DNA of 64,000 nt from Candidatus Woesearchaeota archaeon (GTDB taxonomy: Archaea; Nanobdellota; Nanobdellia; Pacearchaeales; GW2011-AR1): assembly GCA_964447315.1 (NCBI GenBank), contig CAYURQ010000001.1, positions 27,351-91,350 on the forward strand, read 5' to 3'. The notes under the pieces are model-generated. The model was not told the origin of the DNA. It ran no database searches and worked only from the letters and a program-made list of their open reading frames with translations. Each line of letters begins with the position of its first letter. Within the stretch, counting starts at the first letter, position 1. Of this stretch, positions 20,821 to 30,783 are shown one piece after another. Made by a program: the position numbers and the translations under genes.

Positions 20821-21032
20821 AAGATGTTTTTACCTTGGATAAAATTAAAAATGATAAGATATGCCTATTTGTTTAGACATTTAGTTACATATTATGAAAA
20901 TTATTCACTATGTGTTAAAACACATAGTATATATGATGTCATTATAAAGTTACACTAATAGTAAGATTTATAAATGAAATTTACTCTCAATAAGTATCAG
21001 AAAACAAAGTTTTTCTGAAGAATTAAATAAAA

Positions 21033-22262
21033 ATGTCGACAAACAAAAACACGAAAATGAACACAAAAAACCTTATGGTTTCTTTATGTGCAATTGTAGT
21101 TGCAATGTTTTTAGTGGTTACTGTTGCTGCTGCTGACGTAACATCAAGTATTTCTATTGAAGTAGATGATATTGACGTAGCTGACAATCCATCAGTTGTT
21201 GCTGGTGAATCTGTCGCTATTGAAGTTAAATTTACTGCTGATGTAGATGCTTCAGATGTTAGAGTTAAAGCAGAAATTGAAGGCGACAAAGTTGATGTAT
21301 ATGTAATGTCTAGACCATTTGATGTGGAAGCTGGTCACACATATAAGAAAACTTTATCTGTGAAAGTTCCTTTTGAACTTAAAGATGAAATTTCAGAAGA
21401 TATTCACTTAAATGTGAAAATCTGGAATGGAGACTATAAAACAGAAGTTGAAAACTTAGTATTAAGAGTTCAAAGACCTTCATATAACCCTGTTATCAAG
21501 TCTGTAAGTGTTTCTCAAAATATTGAAGCTGGTGAAACTTTCCCAGTGGATATTGTTTTAAAGAACATGGGATACAATGACTTAGATGACATCTATGTAA
21601 CAGTTAGTGTTCCAGAATTAGGAGTTAAGAAAACTTCTTATTTCGGAGACTTAGTTCCAATTGAAACTTGTAATGAAGACTGTGAAGAAGAAGACACTGT
21701 TAGTGGGAGACTTTATTTAGAAGTTCCTTACGAAGCAGAAGCTGGTGTTTACGAATTAGAAGTTAACGTTAAAACTGATGATGTTGATAGCACTGTTTCA
21801 GAACAATTTGCTATTAAAAATGACTTCACTTCAAACGTTATTGTAACTTCTGAAAGTAAAACAGCTAACGTGGGTCAAGATGCTGAATACAGCTTGTTAC
21901 TTGTAAACCCAACAAACAGTTTAAAAGTATACAGAGTTGTTACAGAATCTAGCGGTGAATTAAGCACAGGTGTTGATGAATCTGTTGTTGCTGTTCCAGC
22001 TGGATCAAGCAAGACAGTTACTGTAATGGCTAAAGCTTCTGAAGCTGGTGAGTACAATTTTAATGTACACATCTTTTCAGGAGAAAAATTAACTGATACA
22101 GTTTCTCTTTCATTAACTGCAGAAGATAACGCTGCTACAAACCCAATTGTAGTCTTAACAGTTGTTTTAGCAATTATCTTTTTAGTACTTTTAATTGTAT
22201 TAATTGTACTATTAGGAAAGAAACCTAGAAAACAAGAAGAATTCGGAGAAAGTTATTACTAA
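21033..22262 (+). CDS. secreted cell-surface protein with C-terminal transmembrane anchor
   Basis: 409 aa. N-terminal signal peptide (LMVSLCAIVVAMFLVVTVAAA), Thr/Val/Asp-rich beta-type extracellular region, then a C-terminal hydrophobic anchor (IVVLTVVLAIIFLVLLIVLIVLLGKKPRK). This layout is like archaeal S-layer/surface proteins. Confidence 0.6.
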   Translation: MSTNKNTKMNTKNLMVSLCAIVVAMFLVVTVAAADVTSSISIEVDDIDVADNPSVVAGESVAIEVKFTADVDASDVRVKAEIEGDKVDVYVMSRPFDVEAGHTYKKTLSVKVPFELKDEISEDIHLNVKIWNGDYKTEVENLVLRVQRPSYNPVIKSVSVSQNIEAGETFPVDIVLKNMGYNDLDDIYVTVSVPELGVKKTSYFGDLVPIETCNEDCEEEDTVSGRLYLEVPYEAEAGVYELEVNVKTDDVDSTVSEQFAIKNDFTSNVIVTSESKTANVGQDAEYSLLLVNPTNSLKVYRVVTESSGELSTGVDESVVAVPAGSSKTVTVMAKASEAGEYNFNVHIFSGEKLTDTVSLSLTAEDNAATNPIVVLTVVLAIIFLVLLIVLIVLLGKKPRKQEEFGESYY

Positions 22263-22298
22263 CTTTTAATGTAAATTTTTTATTTTTATTTTTTAACT

Positions 22299-22326
22299 TT
22301 CTCTTTTCTTTTTTTAGAAAAGAGAA
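22299..22326 (+). terminator. hairpin (TTCTCTTTTC / GAAAAGAGAA, T-rich loop) downstream of the surface protein gene
   Basis: Perfect 10-bp inverted repeat embedded in T-runs, 37 nt after the stop codon. Confidence 0.3.
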
Positions 22327-22385
22327 TATTCTTCTTTTTGATATGATAGAAAAAATTAATAAAGAAAATATCTTAAATTAATAAA

Positions 22386-22694
22386 ATGCCCAACAATAAT
22401 ATAATAAGAAAATATTATTTTGCTCTTAAAAAGAATCAAAATATTGGTGGAAATTTTAATGATATATTAAAAGAAAAATACCAAAATACCCCTAATTTTA
22501 TTGAATTTAACCAATTAAAAGATTTTTATATTGTTCATGATAATTCATGTACTGTAATTAGTTATTTAATGGAGCCAGATGATATAGTTGAGATAACTGG
22601 CACTAATAAAAAAATAAAAGAAACCAGGCAAATATTAGAGGAAAAATTAGAGAACTGGAAACTTAAGAGATTTGATGAAAAAGAAGATGAATGA
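22386..22694 (+). CDS. hypothetical protein (102 aa)
   Basis: ORF only. Confidence 0.25.
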   Translation: MPNNNIIRKYYFALKKNQNIGGNFNDILKEKYQNTPNFIEFNQLKDFYIVHDNSCTVISYLMEPDDIVEITGTNKKIKETRQILEEKLENWKLKRFDEKEDE

Positions 22695-22956
22695 AAAAGA
22701 AAAAATTGAGAATCTTAGAAATAGTTCAATATTTCAGGAAAAAATAAAATATCAAAGTAGCATTTTCTTTAGTTCATTAATAATAGCAGGATTACTTGAG
22801 ATTAATATTAATGAGTATAAAAAATATAAATTTATTGATAATATTGTTAATTCATATATTCAAGAAATTCAAACAAGAAATGATTCTATTAATCAAGCCA
22901 ATAAAAACTGGAAATTTTATGAACATAAACTAGAATTAGAAGATATTATTAAATAA
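22672..22956 (+). CDS. hypothetical protein (94 aa)
   Basis: ORF overlapping the previous one by 23 nt. Start uncertain. Confidence 0.2.
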   Translation: MMKKKMNEKEKIENLRNSSIFQEKIKYQSSIFFSSLIIAGLLEININEYKKYKFIDNIVNSYIQEIQTRNDSINQANKNWKFYEHKLELEDIIK

Positions 22957-22973
22957 GTTCTTTGAGGAAAAAT

Positions 22974-25832
22974 CTAAACTTTCAAACTCACAATCTTGCT
23001 AACTCCGTCATGCATACTTACTCCAAATAAATTAGTTGCATTAGTAATTATTTCATCGTTGTGAGTTATAACAAGATATTGTCCTTTTCTCATGAATTTT
23101 TGAAGAAGTCCTGCAAGTCTGCCTGAATTACGCTTGTCTAATGCAGCATCTATCTCATCAAGTATGTAAAAGCAGTAAGGATTTAATTCCTGGATTGCAA
23201 ATATCAGTGAAAGTGCAACCATTGTTTGTTCACCCCCACTTAAAGATGTAACGTCAAAATATTTACCATGCCCTGTTTTAACTACAATTCCAACTCCTCC
23301 ATCAAATGGATCTTTTTTATTTTCTAGTTCTAAAAATACTTGTCCTTTTTCTGAAATAGAAGCAAAATTTCTAGAAAATATTGTATTAAGTTCCTCAAAA
23401 GTTTTCATGAAGGATTTTTTCTTTTTAATATCAATCTCATGAATAATTCTTAAGATGCTATTTTTTTCTTTTTCAATAATCTCTACACGACTTTGAACTG
23501 CTTGGTATTCTTTTTTAATTTCATCGTAAACTTCTAAAGAACGCATATTAACATTACCCATATTATTTAGAGTTGCTTGAGTTTTATTGAATCTTTCTTG
23601 AAGAACCTCTCTGGATTGTTTTATTATTTCAACATTTGGAAATTCCAACAATTCTGTTTCAAAATTTTCAATCTCAGCACTAAAACGTGCTTTTTCAACT
23701 TTAAAATTATTTATCTCTTGTTCAATGTTATAAATTATATTTTTCTTGATTGAAAATTGTTGTTCGTTTTCACGTATTTTTTGATTGCAGAAATCTTTAT
23801 CTTTTAACATGGTATGGTGTTTCCTTGTTAATTCTTCGTCTTGTTTTCTTTTTTCATTTAATTTTCTTTGTTTTTCATTAAAAGATTCTTTTAATTTTTC
23901 TAATTCTTCTGTTATATCTTGAACTTCACGGGCATTTTGTTTTATTGATATTTTTGCACGTTCAAGTTCTCTTTGTTTAAAGGATATTTCTGAATTGATA
24001 TTTTCTGTTGTACGCATTGAAATTTCTTGCATTTCAATTGAAAATTTATCATATTTTTCTTCAACTCCTGAATAATTTTCAAAATCTTTTTCAAGCTTTT
24101 GTTTAATCTTTTCTAGTCCTTGTAATTCTCCTTGTGCAAGATTAATTTTTTCTTGAAGAGCTTTAATCTGTGATTTTTTTTCATTAATACTTGATATTTT
24201 ATTTAAATCATTTTCACGTTTTGATATTTCTTGAGATATTTTTTCAATTTCTTGTTTAAGCATATCTCTATTTGTTTGAATTGTAGTTAAATCTGAGTCA
24301 GAAATAGAAATCTTATCTTCAAGTTTTTTCACTTCTGAATTCACTTCTGAATGAATTGTACTTATATGGTCTTTTGTTATTTTACTTTTACATAAAGGAC
24401 AAATATCCATTTTAGATATTTTTTCAATCATCTTTCTTTGCTTTTCAATTTCTGCTTCATTTGCAAATGAAATTTTATCTAATTCACGTTCTTTTAATAT
24501 TAAATCTTCAAAAAATTCTTTTTTTTGTGCTAATTCAATTCTTAAATTATCAAGAATTTCAATAGAAGTTTTTTTATCAAATAAATCATTAACTGCAGAA
24601 TCAATTTGCTTTATTAAAAAATCTGATTCATTTTTATAATTTTGTAAAATAGATCTTTTATCATCGAACCTTTCACGTATTGATTTTAATTCAGAACGTG
24701 TTGTATAAAATTTCTTTCTTTGTTCTTCTAATTCATCTAATTTTTGTTTTTTTGTTTTAAGCTCTTTTTCTTTTTTAGCAAGGCTTGGAGATTCTTTTTG
24801 AAGTGTTTTTAATTCTAACTCGTTATCACGAATTGAATTTTCTAATTCAACTTTTGATTTTTTCAAGGAATTTAACTTTGTTTCATTATTTTCAATTCTT
24901 ACTTTAAGGCCTTCTAAATCTGCCCTAAGTGTTGCAATTTCTGAATTAAGTTTTTCTTGTTCTAATCCTGTTGATTCTGTTATCTTTGAATCTATTGTTT
25001 TTACTTTTTCTTCAAGATTTTTAATAACTGCTTGGATATTTACAATTGTTTTTTTAACTTTTTCAATTTCTTTGTTTTTCTTTTCAATATTATCATCAAT
25101 TGAAGAAGCGTGTTTTTGTTTTTTATTTAAATCATGAGTTAATATGCTGGCTTTAAATTTTTTAATATCTTCCTGATATTTTTTATAACGTAGAGCTTGT
25201 TCTCTTTCTTTTTCAAGATTATTTAAGTAAGATGTTCTTTCACGAAGTATGGATAATACATCTTTTAACTTGTTTTCAGTCCTGTTTAATTCTTTTAGTG
25301 ATTTTTCTTTCCTAGATTCATAGATTGAGATTCCAGATACTTCTTCAATAATTTTACGTCTTTCTTCAGTATGCATTCTTACAAAGTTTTGAATTTCACC
25401 TTGCAAGATTATATTGAATCCATTTGGATCAATTCCTGCTTGGGCAAGTAAACCAAGTATTTCTTGTCTTGTTTTTGTTTGATTATTTATTTTGTATATG
25501 CTTTGTCCGTTTCTACGTACAATACGTTTAATTGATATTTCTTTATCATTTATTGAAAAAGCATTGTCTGAATTATCAAAAATCATTTCAACTGATGCTT
25601 CTTTTGCAGGTGAAGCAGCTTTTGTTCCCATGAAAATAAGATTTTTGGCTTTTGCAGCACGCATTGATTTAACACTTAATCTACCTAAAACAAAGCATAA
25701 TGCATCTGAAACATTACTCTTACCAGAACCATTAGGACCTAAAATTACATTAATTCCTGAAGTAAATGGAATTTCTGTTTTTCTAGGGAAACTTTTGAAA
25801 CCATGCATCACCAGTTTTTTAATATAAGCCAT
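22974..25832 (-). CDS. smc: SMC-family ATPase with SMC-type head motifs and a central CxxC zinc-hook-like motif
   Basis: 952 aa. Walker A (GPNGSGKSN), ABC signature (LSGGEQT) and an SMC-type D-loop (LDEIDAALD). It has a long coiled coil but no recognisable hinge. Mid-protein it has DICPLCKSKI instead. At 952 aa it is shorter than canonical SMC. Confidence 0.75.
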   Translation of the reverse strand: MAYIKKLVMHGFKSFPRKTEIPFTSGINVILGPNGSGKSNVSDALCFVLGRLSVKSMRAAKAKNLIFMGTKAASPAKEASVEMIFDNSDNAFSINDKEISIKRIVRRNGQSIYKINNQTKTRQEILGLLAQAGIDPNGFNIILQGEIQNFVRMHTEERRKIIEEVSGISIYESRKEKSLKELNRTENKLKDVLSILRERTSYLNNLEKEREQALRYKKYQEDIKKFKASILTHDLNKKQKHASSIDDNIEKKNKEIEKVKKTIVNIQAVIKNLEEKVKTIDSKITESTGLEQEKLNSEIATLRADLEGLKVRIENNETKLNSLKKSKVELENSIRDNELELKTLQKESPSLAKKEKELKTKKQKLDELEEQRKKFYTTRSELKSIRERFDDKRSILQNYKNESDFLIKQIDSAVNDLFDKKTSIEILDNLRIELAQKKEFFEDLILKERELDKISFANEAEIEKQRKMIEKISKMDICPLCKSKITKDHISTIHSEVNSEVKKLEDKISISDSDLTTIQTNRDMLKQEIEKISQEISKRENDLNKISSINEKKSQIKALQEKINLAQGELQGLEKIKQKLEKDFENYSGVEEKYDKFSIEMQEISMRTTENINSEISFKQRELERAKISIKQNAREVQDITEELEKLKESFNEKQRKLNEKRKQDEELTRKHHTMLKDKDFCNQKIRENEQQFSIKKNIIYNIEQEINNFKVEKARFSAEIENFETELLEFPNVEIIKQSREVLQERFNKTQATLNNMGNVNMRSLEVYDEIKKEYQAVQSRVEIIEKEKNSILRIIHEIDIKKKKSFMKTFEELNTIFSRNFASISEKGQVFLELENKKDPFDGGVGIVVKTGHGKYFDVTSLSGGEQTMVALSLIFAIQELNPYCFYILDEIDAALDKRNSGRLAGLLQKFMRKGQYLVITHNDEIITNATNLFGVSMHDGVSKIVSLKV

Positions 25833-25881
25833 TTTATCTAATATTTATAAAAGAAATAAGGGTTTTTAAGATTTTATTGGA

Positions 25882-26550
25882 TTACAACCTTCTTTGAGCT
25901 AATTTTTCAAATGCTTTTTTCCAGGTTTCCCAGGTTTTTCTAAATATTCCTGCATTTTGCTGTTTTTCTGCATTTTTTTCAAGATACATTATTGTTAAAG
26001 GGTCTGAAGTGTATCCTGAGCCAATTTCTTTTCCATATTTTTCACGTATTTTATCCATTTCTTTTTCACGCACACATTTTGCGAGAATTGAAGCAGCAGA
26101 TACAGCAATATGGTTTTTATCTGCTTTGTGCTCGCAGATTAATTCAATTGTACTCATATCTTTAACTAAACTTCTTACAACATCTTTCCACTTTTCTATA
26201 CTAACAGAAGGGCAATCAATAACAATTTTTATTTTTTTATAACCTTTATTTATTTTATTAATTATATCTGAAGTCATTTTAGCTTCTAATTTATTAAGAT
26301 TTTTTCCATTCTTTAATGCATTGTCAATTTCAAGAGGATTTGCAAGAACTATTTCAAAGGTTTCTGCTTTTTCTTTTATTATTTTAGAAAAGTGTTCACG
26401 TCTTTTATTTGTTAGTTGTTTTGAATCTTTAATTCCTATTCTACGAAACTCTTTTTCAGTTTCTTTTGTTACTAAACATCCTGCAAGAACCATTGGGCCT
26501 ATAACTGGACCACGACCAGCATCATCAATTCCTAAAATAAATTCTGTCAT
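25882..26550 (-). CDS. rnhB: ribonuclease HII
   Basis: 222 aa. N-terminal ILGIDDAGRGPVIGPMVLAGC is the RNase HII active-site motif. Confidence 0.85.
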   Translation of the reverse strand: MTEFILGIDDAGRGPVIGPMVLAGCLVTKETEKEFRRIGIKDSKQLTNKRREHFSKIIKEKAETFEIVLANPLEIDNALKNGKNLNKLEAKMTSDIINKINKGYKKIKIVIDCPSVSIEKWKDVVRSLVKDMSTIELICEHKADKNHIAVSAASILAKCVREKEMDKIREKYGKEIGSGYTSDPLTIMYLEKNAEKQQNAGIFRKTWETWKKAFEKLAQRRL

Positions 26551-26596
26551 AATAGTCTCAAATGGATTGTGTTTTATAAGTATTGTTGTCTAGTGA

Positions 26597-27004
26597 TTAT
26601 TTCTTTTTATTTTTTCTTTTCTTTAAAATTAGTAATAAAATACAAATAACTATTATTCCTAATATTGTTAAAAAACTATTCATTAAGTTTATTGCCAAAC
26701 CAATTAAATTCAAGTAAAATACAACTAATGGAACAATTGCAATACTTAGTCCAAAGCTTAAAGCAATTCTTTCAAGCCAGTTTATAGTTCCTTTTTTATT
26801 GTCTTCATTTTTGGTTGTTTCAAGGAAAAAAACATAACTTAGTATAAATCCTGGAAGGAATAAAACATAAACACTTCCAAATACAATTCTGAAACTTGTT
26901 GATAATTCAATCATGCTGAACATTGCAATAGCTAAACTAATAAAAGCAAGAATAAAAACAACTCCTCCTGCACTCCAGAACCATTTTTTAATATCTTTAT
27001 TCAT
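26597..27004 (-). CDS. small membrane protein (135 aa); ORF-track N-terminal extension rejected
   Basis: The 264-aa ORF-track ORF overlaps the convergent 27057..27740 ORF. Its internal Met (MNKDIKKWFW..., four predicted TM helices) gives a non-overlapping gene. Confidence 0.4.
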   Translation of the reverse strand: MNKDIKKWFWSAGGVVFILAFISLAIAMFSMIELSTSFRIVFGSVYVLFLPGFILSYVFFLETTKNEDNKKGTINWLERIALSFGLSIAIVPLVVFYLNLIGLAINLMNSFLTILGIIVICILLLILKKRKNKKK

Positions 27005-27056
27005 AAATATAAGTAGGTGAAAATATTTATAAACATTATGATATAATTTATTTGTT

Positions 27057-27740
27057 ATGGTTAAAAAGAGGAAGCACAAATATAAGAGGAAAGCTAAGAA
27101 AAATGGAAAACCCCGTATGAATTCTACAACTAAATGGTTGATTTTTGGAGTTATTATGGGATTATTTATTATTGCTGTATTAGGTGCTATATTTGTTTTA
27201 CAACCTGAGATATTAGATGAGATATCTGCAAAATTTTTTAATAATGCAGAAGTTAATTTAGGGGCAACTTCTAATGTAAAAGAAAATAGCTCTTTAAGTT
27301 TTTCTGGACAATCTGTTCCTAATCCAAGCAAAAGTAATTCAGGAGTAGGAGCTGTGGTTTCATTATCAGCTCCGAGTGTTGATAATTCCATTTATTATTC
27401 AGGTTTAGCAAGCATGTTAAGTGAAACTCCAATGGTTCAGGATATTCCTAAAGGAGAAACAATTTTACTACGATTTTACAACTTTAATACTGGATACAGA
27501 GAGTTTGAAGAATCATTTATCTTAACAAAAGGAGCTGTAAAACCTGGGTATACAGAAGATGTTGAAATAACAATAGTAATGCATAGTAAATATCTTCCTG
27601 AATTAAGTAAGGATAATCTTTGCAGTACAATTACAAAGGCAAATGAGAATGGAGATGTTGGGATTTACACTGATTTGTCAACAACAAAAATAATTATGAA
27701 ATTTAATAGTATGATGGAGTATAAAGATTGTTTGATGTGA
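27057..27740 (+). CDS. membrane-anchored extracellular protein (227 aa)
   Basis: Basic N-terminus, one TM helix (WLIFGVIMGLFIIAVLGAIFVL), then a Ser/Asn-rich extracellular domain. Confidence 0.4.
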   Translation: MVKKRKHKYKRKAKKNGKPRMNSTTKWLIFGVIMGLFIIAVLGAIFVLQPEILDEISAKFFNNAEVNLGATSNVKENSSLSFSGQSVPNPSKSNSGVGAVVSLSAPSVDNSIYYSGLASMLSETPMVQDIPKGETILLRFYNFNTGYREFEESFILTKGAVKPGYTEDVEITIVMHSKYLPELSKDNLCSTITKANENGDVGIYTDLSTTKIIMKFNSMMEYKDCLM

Positions 27741-27910
27741 AAATAGCAAAGCGTATTTTTTTAAATTATATATTAGAATATTTCATATAAAACTAATGTT
27801 TTTTATTCTTCATAAGGGAGTGTTGGAATAAAGAAAAGTTTATATAATATTAGAACATTAAAATATAGAGGTGATGGAACCTCAAGATTCCCAATTCTTG
27901 AAAAAATACT

Positions 27911-29068
27911 ATGGCGCAAGTTAAAATGCAAGCACCATTATTAGAAAATATTTTAGATGTTTCTAACTCATTTTACTTAGATACTTTAGGATATAAACCT
28001 GAGAGAACTTCTTTGCAAGAACTTCCTAAAGAAAGTTGGAGTAATCTTGCTAATGAAAGAGGTCTAAACACAAATTCATCTGGAGTATATTTTCCAAGAA
28101 ACCAATTAGCAGTAATAAAACAAGAGAATCCCTTGAGTTTATTTCATGAGTATTTTGGACATGGATTATATTGCGAACAAAGCTTAGATGGAAGAAAATT
28201 AGTTGAATTAGAAAAAAAGCTTTTAGAAAAAGAAAAAAACAGATTTAATGGATATGAATTTACTTTAAAGGAATTGCAGGAGTTTAGGATAGAAAATCCT
28301 ACATTTCAAGAATTAAATAGATTTAAAGAAGAAAACTTAGGAAAATATGAATTATTTGCCTTATGGACAGAATATTTATTGTCAAAAGAGAATAATATGC
28401 TTGGAGATTTTGAAAGAAGATATGATAATTTTTCAAGGAAAGATAAAGAAGTTATTGATTCTACAATAAACTTTTCAGAAAGTTATGGTAATTTAGCTGC
28501 TTTTTATGCTCAAGGAATGAGCAAAATAATGACCAAAGATAGAGTGACAAAATTAATCAAAGATATTTATAAAAAAGATTTAGATAAGATAAAATTTGCA
28601 TTAGTTTATGGTTCTAAAAAACCTTTTAGTGATATTGATGTATTTATGGTTGGCAAGGGAGCTCCTATTGAATCTCATACAGATTGGTTAGATGCAAAAT
28701 ACAAGAATACTGTAGAATTTCAAAATGGATTAAGAAATTTTGATGTAAGAATAAGTGTTCCTTTAATGAATGGGGAATTTTTATTTGGAGATGAAGAATA
28801 TTTCGAAAAATCAAAACAAAAAATACTCTCTCAACCTATTACTGAAAAATCGATAAAATACAATCTGAGATGGTCTTCTAGAATGCAAAGATTGAAAGAA
28901 GAAAATCAAGAAAATGAATTTTTAAGAAAAAAATTTAAAGGATACAGTCTTACTTATATTAATAATGCATTGGCTTTAAGAAAAGGAAAAAGAATCTTTA
29001 CTAAAGAAGGTTTGCTTTCATATTCGCCTAGCGAAAGTAACACAGAATTAAAAGGAGGAAAAGCATAA
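27911..29068 (+). CDS. nucleotidyltransferase-domain protein (385 aa)
   Basis: Central YGSKKPFSDIDVFMVG matches the polymerase-beta-like nucleotidyltransferase GS...DxD motif. Rest unknown. First gene of a tightly coupled three-gene operon. Confidence 0.4.
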   Translation: MAQVKMQAPLLENILDVSNSFYLDTLGYKPERTSLQELPKESWSNLANERGLNTNSSGVYFPRNQLAVIKQENPLSLFHEYFGHGLYCEQSLDGRKLVELEKKLLEKEKNRFNGYEFTLKELQEFRIENPTFQELNRFKEENLGKYELFALWTEYLLSKENNMLGDFERRYDNFSRKDKEVIDSTINFSESYGNLAAFYAQGMSKIMTKDRVTKLIKDIYKKDLDKIKFALVYGSKKPFSDIDVFMVGKGAPIESHTDWLDAKYKNTVEFQNGLRNFDVRISVPLMNGEFLFGDEEYFEKSKQKILSQPITEKSIKYNLRWSSRMQRLKEENQENEFLRKKFKGYSLTYINNALALRKGKRIFTKEGLLSYSPSESNTELKGGKA

Positions 29069-29368
29069 ATGAAACTTGAACAAATGACTGGAGAAATTTC
29101 ACAAGCATCTCAAGGAAGGAGCAAATACTTCGTGGTTGGAGATTTAAGTTACTTGTCTGGATCTCATTTATATATGGCTGATGAACTATATATAAAGAAT
29201 TTTAGAGATGGAAGTATACTCCACATTCATGAAGTAGATGGTAGAATCACTGGTGCTAATATTAGGGGCACTAATGATTTAAGAGGGACTCCAATTAGCA
29301 ACTATCAAGCAACAATGTTAGATGTCTTGCCTGGAAGCTCTAGAACAATCATAAAAAACGGATCATAA
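29069..29368 (+). CDS. hypothetical protein (99 aa)
   Basis: Its start abuts the previous stop. No motif. Confidence 0.3.
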   Translation: MKLEQMTGEISQASQGRSKYFVVGDLSYLSGSHLYMADELYIKNFRDGSILHIHEVDGRITGANIRGTNDLRGTPISNYQATMLDVLPGSSRTIIKNGS

Positions 29369-29369
29369 A

Positions 29370-29612
29370 ATGGTTTCAGAAAAGCAGATTAAGCACGAGC
29401 TTATAGCCATATATTCTAATTATCTTTCCAGTAAAGAGGATAAAAAGAATAGAGAAAAAGGGTATAAGCTTTATACAAAGTATTTCAATGGTGCAGAAAC
29501 TCTTTTTAGAGAAAATGTGAGTACTGCAATTTGGCAAGCCTTTAATCTGTACGAAGGCAAACTAAAAGAATCCAATGCAAAAAAGATTCTTGAAGATCTT
29601 CGCAAGACTTAA
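29370..29612 (+). CDS. hypothetical protein (80 aa)
   Basis: Tightly coupled to the previous gene. No motif. Confidence 0.3.
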   Translation: MVSEKQIKHELIAIYSNYLSSKEDKKNREKGYKLYTKYFNGAETLFRENVSTAIWQAFNLYEGKLKESNAKKILEDLRKT

Positions 29613-29661
29613 TTTTTATTTTATTTTTTATTTTTAGATAATAAAATTCATATTTAGAAAA

Positions 29662-30147
29662 ATGAAAAAACAAGAAATACTAGAAGAACTTAAAAAACAA
29701 TTTGAATTAACAAAGAAAAAACTTAATTTCAAAGCTAGTTATGATGAAATAAATAACATGTCCTATATTGAGGATATGGCTTTAAGCCAGGGTTTTGTTA
29801 GTAACCAATTCCCAAGGCAGATGATTAACAGAATTGTTGAAACCTTTTATGGATGGGTTGGAGAGATTTATTCCTGGATTTATACCCCGCAAATGGACCT
29901 TATTCATGGGCATGAGGGAAAAAGACTTTCTGAACAAGAAAAAAAAGAATTACTTAATATGATTGATAGAATTATGTATTTAGTTAGAAAAAATAAAAGA
30001 ATTGCTTTTCAAGGTTTAATTGAAAAACAAGAAGGAGAATTTGTTGATGAATTAGTTGAATTTGATAAAAAATACTTTAATCCTTTTATGTTAAAATATC
30101 ATAAAAAATTTGAGAATATCTGGAAACAAGAAATAGATAAAAATTAA
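29662..30147 (+). CDS. hypothetical protein (161 aa)
   Basis: ORF only. Confidence 0.3.
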   Translation: MKKQEILEELKKQFELTKKKLNFKASYDEINNMSYIEDMALSQGFVSNQFPRQMINRIVETFYGWVGEIYSWIYTPQMDLIHGHEGKRLSEQEKKELLNMIDRIMYLVRKNKRIAFQGLIEKQEGEFVDELVEFDKKYFNPFMLKYHKKFENIWKQEIDKN

Positions 30148-30158
30148 ATATTTTTCAA

Positions 30159-30467
30159 TTAATAAGGTATCTTTTCACCTTCCCTAGAGCAATGCGTGCA
30201 ATTGCCTTCAAGACCACATTCTCCTCCAGAAAGCCTTAATCCTTGTCCAGGAGCATTATAATTTCCTTGATAATATCTACATCTTGGTTCAATAAGAAAT
30301 TCTTGCCATCCTCCTGAAGATCCAAGAGTGCTACGTCTAGATACTTTCATTCCCCCTCGAACTTCAACATCTTTTTCTTTAGAAGTGCAAGTGAATGGAT
30401 GATCATACTTTTCTCTTAAATTTTCCATTACTTCTTTAAGAACTGAATTTGAATATTCATAACTCAT
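30159..30467 (-). CDS. Cys/Gly-rich small protein, 'YDHPF' family, paralog 2 (103 aa from internal Met)
   Basis: The ORF-track ORF 30159..30590 overlaps paralog 1. Met42 (MSYEYSNS...KYDHPF) gives a protein co-linear with the upstream paralog. Conserved KYDHPFxC, FxIEPxCxYYxGxY and C-terminal CxxC. Confidence 0.45.
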   Translation of the reverse strand: MSYEYSNSVLKEVMENLREKYDHPFTCTSKEKDVEVRGGMKVSRRSTLGSSGGWQEFLIEPRCRYYQGNYNAPGQGLRLSGGECGLEGNCTHCSREGEKIPY

Positions 30468-30474
30468 TTTTAAA

Positions 30475-30783
30475 TTATACATTTCCTCCATCTGTTTCAC
30501 AGGCTCTGCAAACACTTTTTCCTGGTTTTCCACAAATTCCAGTGTCTCCTCCTGTATATCCTCCCCTATAATAACTACATTTTGGTTCAATAAAGAATTT
30601 TTGATATCCGCTATTACTAGGAGCTGATCCAGGATACCACCTAACAGTCATCCCTCTAACCCGCACCCCTATCTCCTGCGCTTTTTTACTCCCTCCCTTT
30701 GCAAGAATATTTAGATACCCACAAATAAACGGATGATCATATTTTTTTTCCAGATCCTTTTTTATTTCATTAACATCTGACAT
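30475..30783 (-). CDS. Cys/Gly-rich small protein, 'YDHPF' family, paralog 1 (102 aa)
   Basis: Paralogous to 30159..30467, with conserved motifs in the same order. Arranged in tandem on the same strand. Confidence 0.45.
   Translation of the reverse strand: MSDVNEIKKDLEKKYDHPFICGYLNILAKGGSKKAQEIGVRVRGMTVRWYPGSAPSNSGYQKFFIEPKCSYYRGGYTGGDTGICGKPGKSVCRACETDGGNV

Noticed and set aside
25492-26593. Plus-strand ORFs 25492..25827, 26009..26242 and 26321..26593
   Set aside because: They lie antisense within the SMC and RNase HII genes, which have clear motifs.
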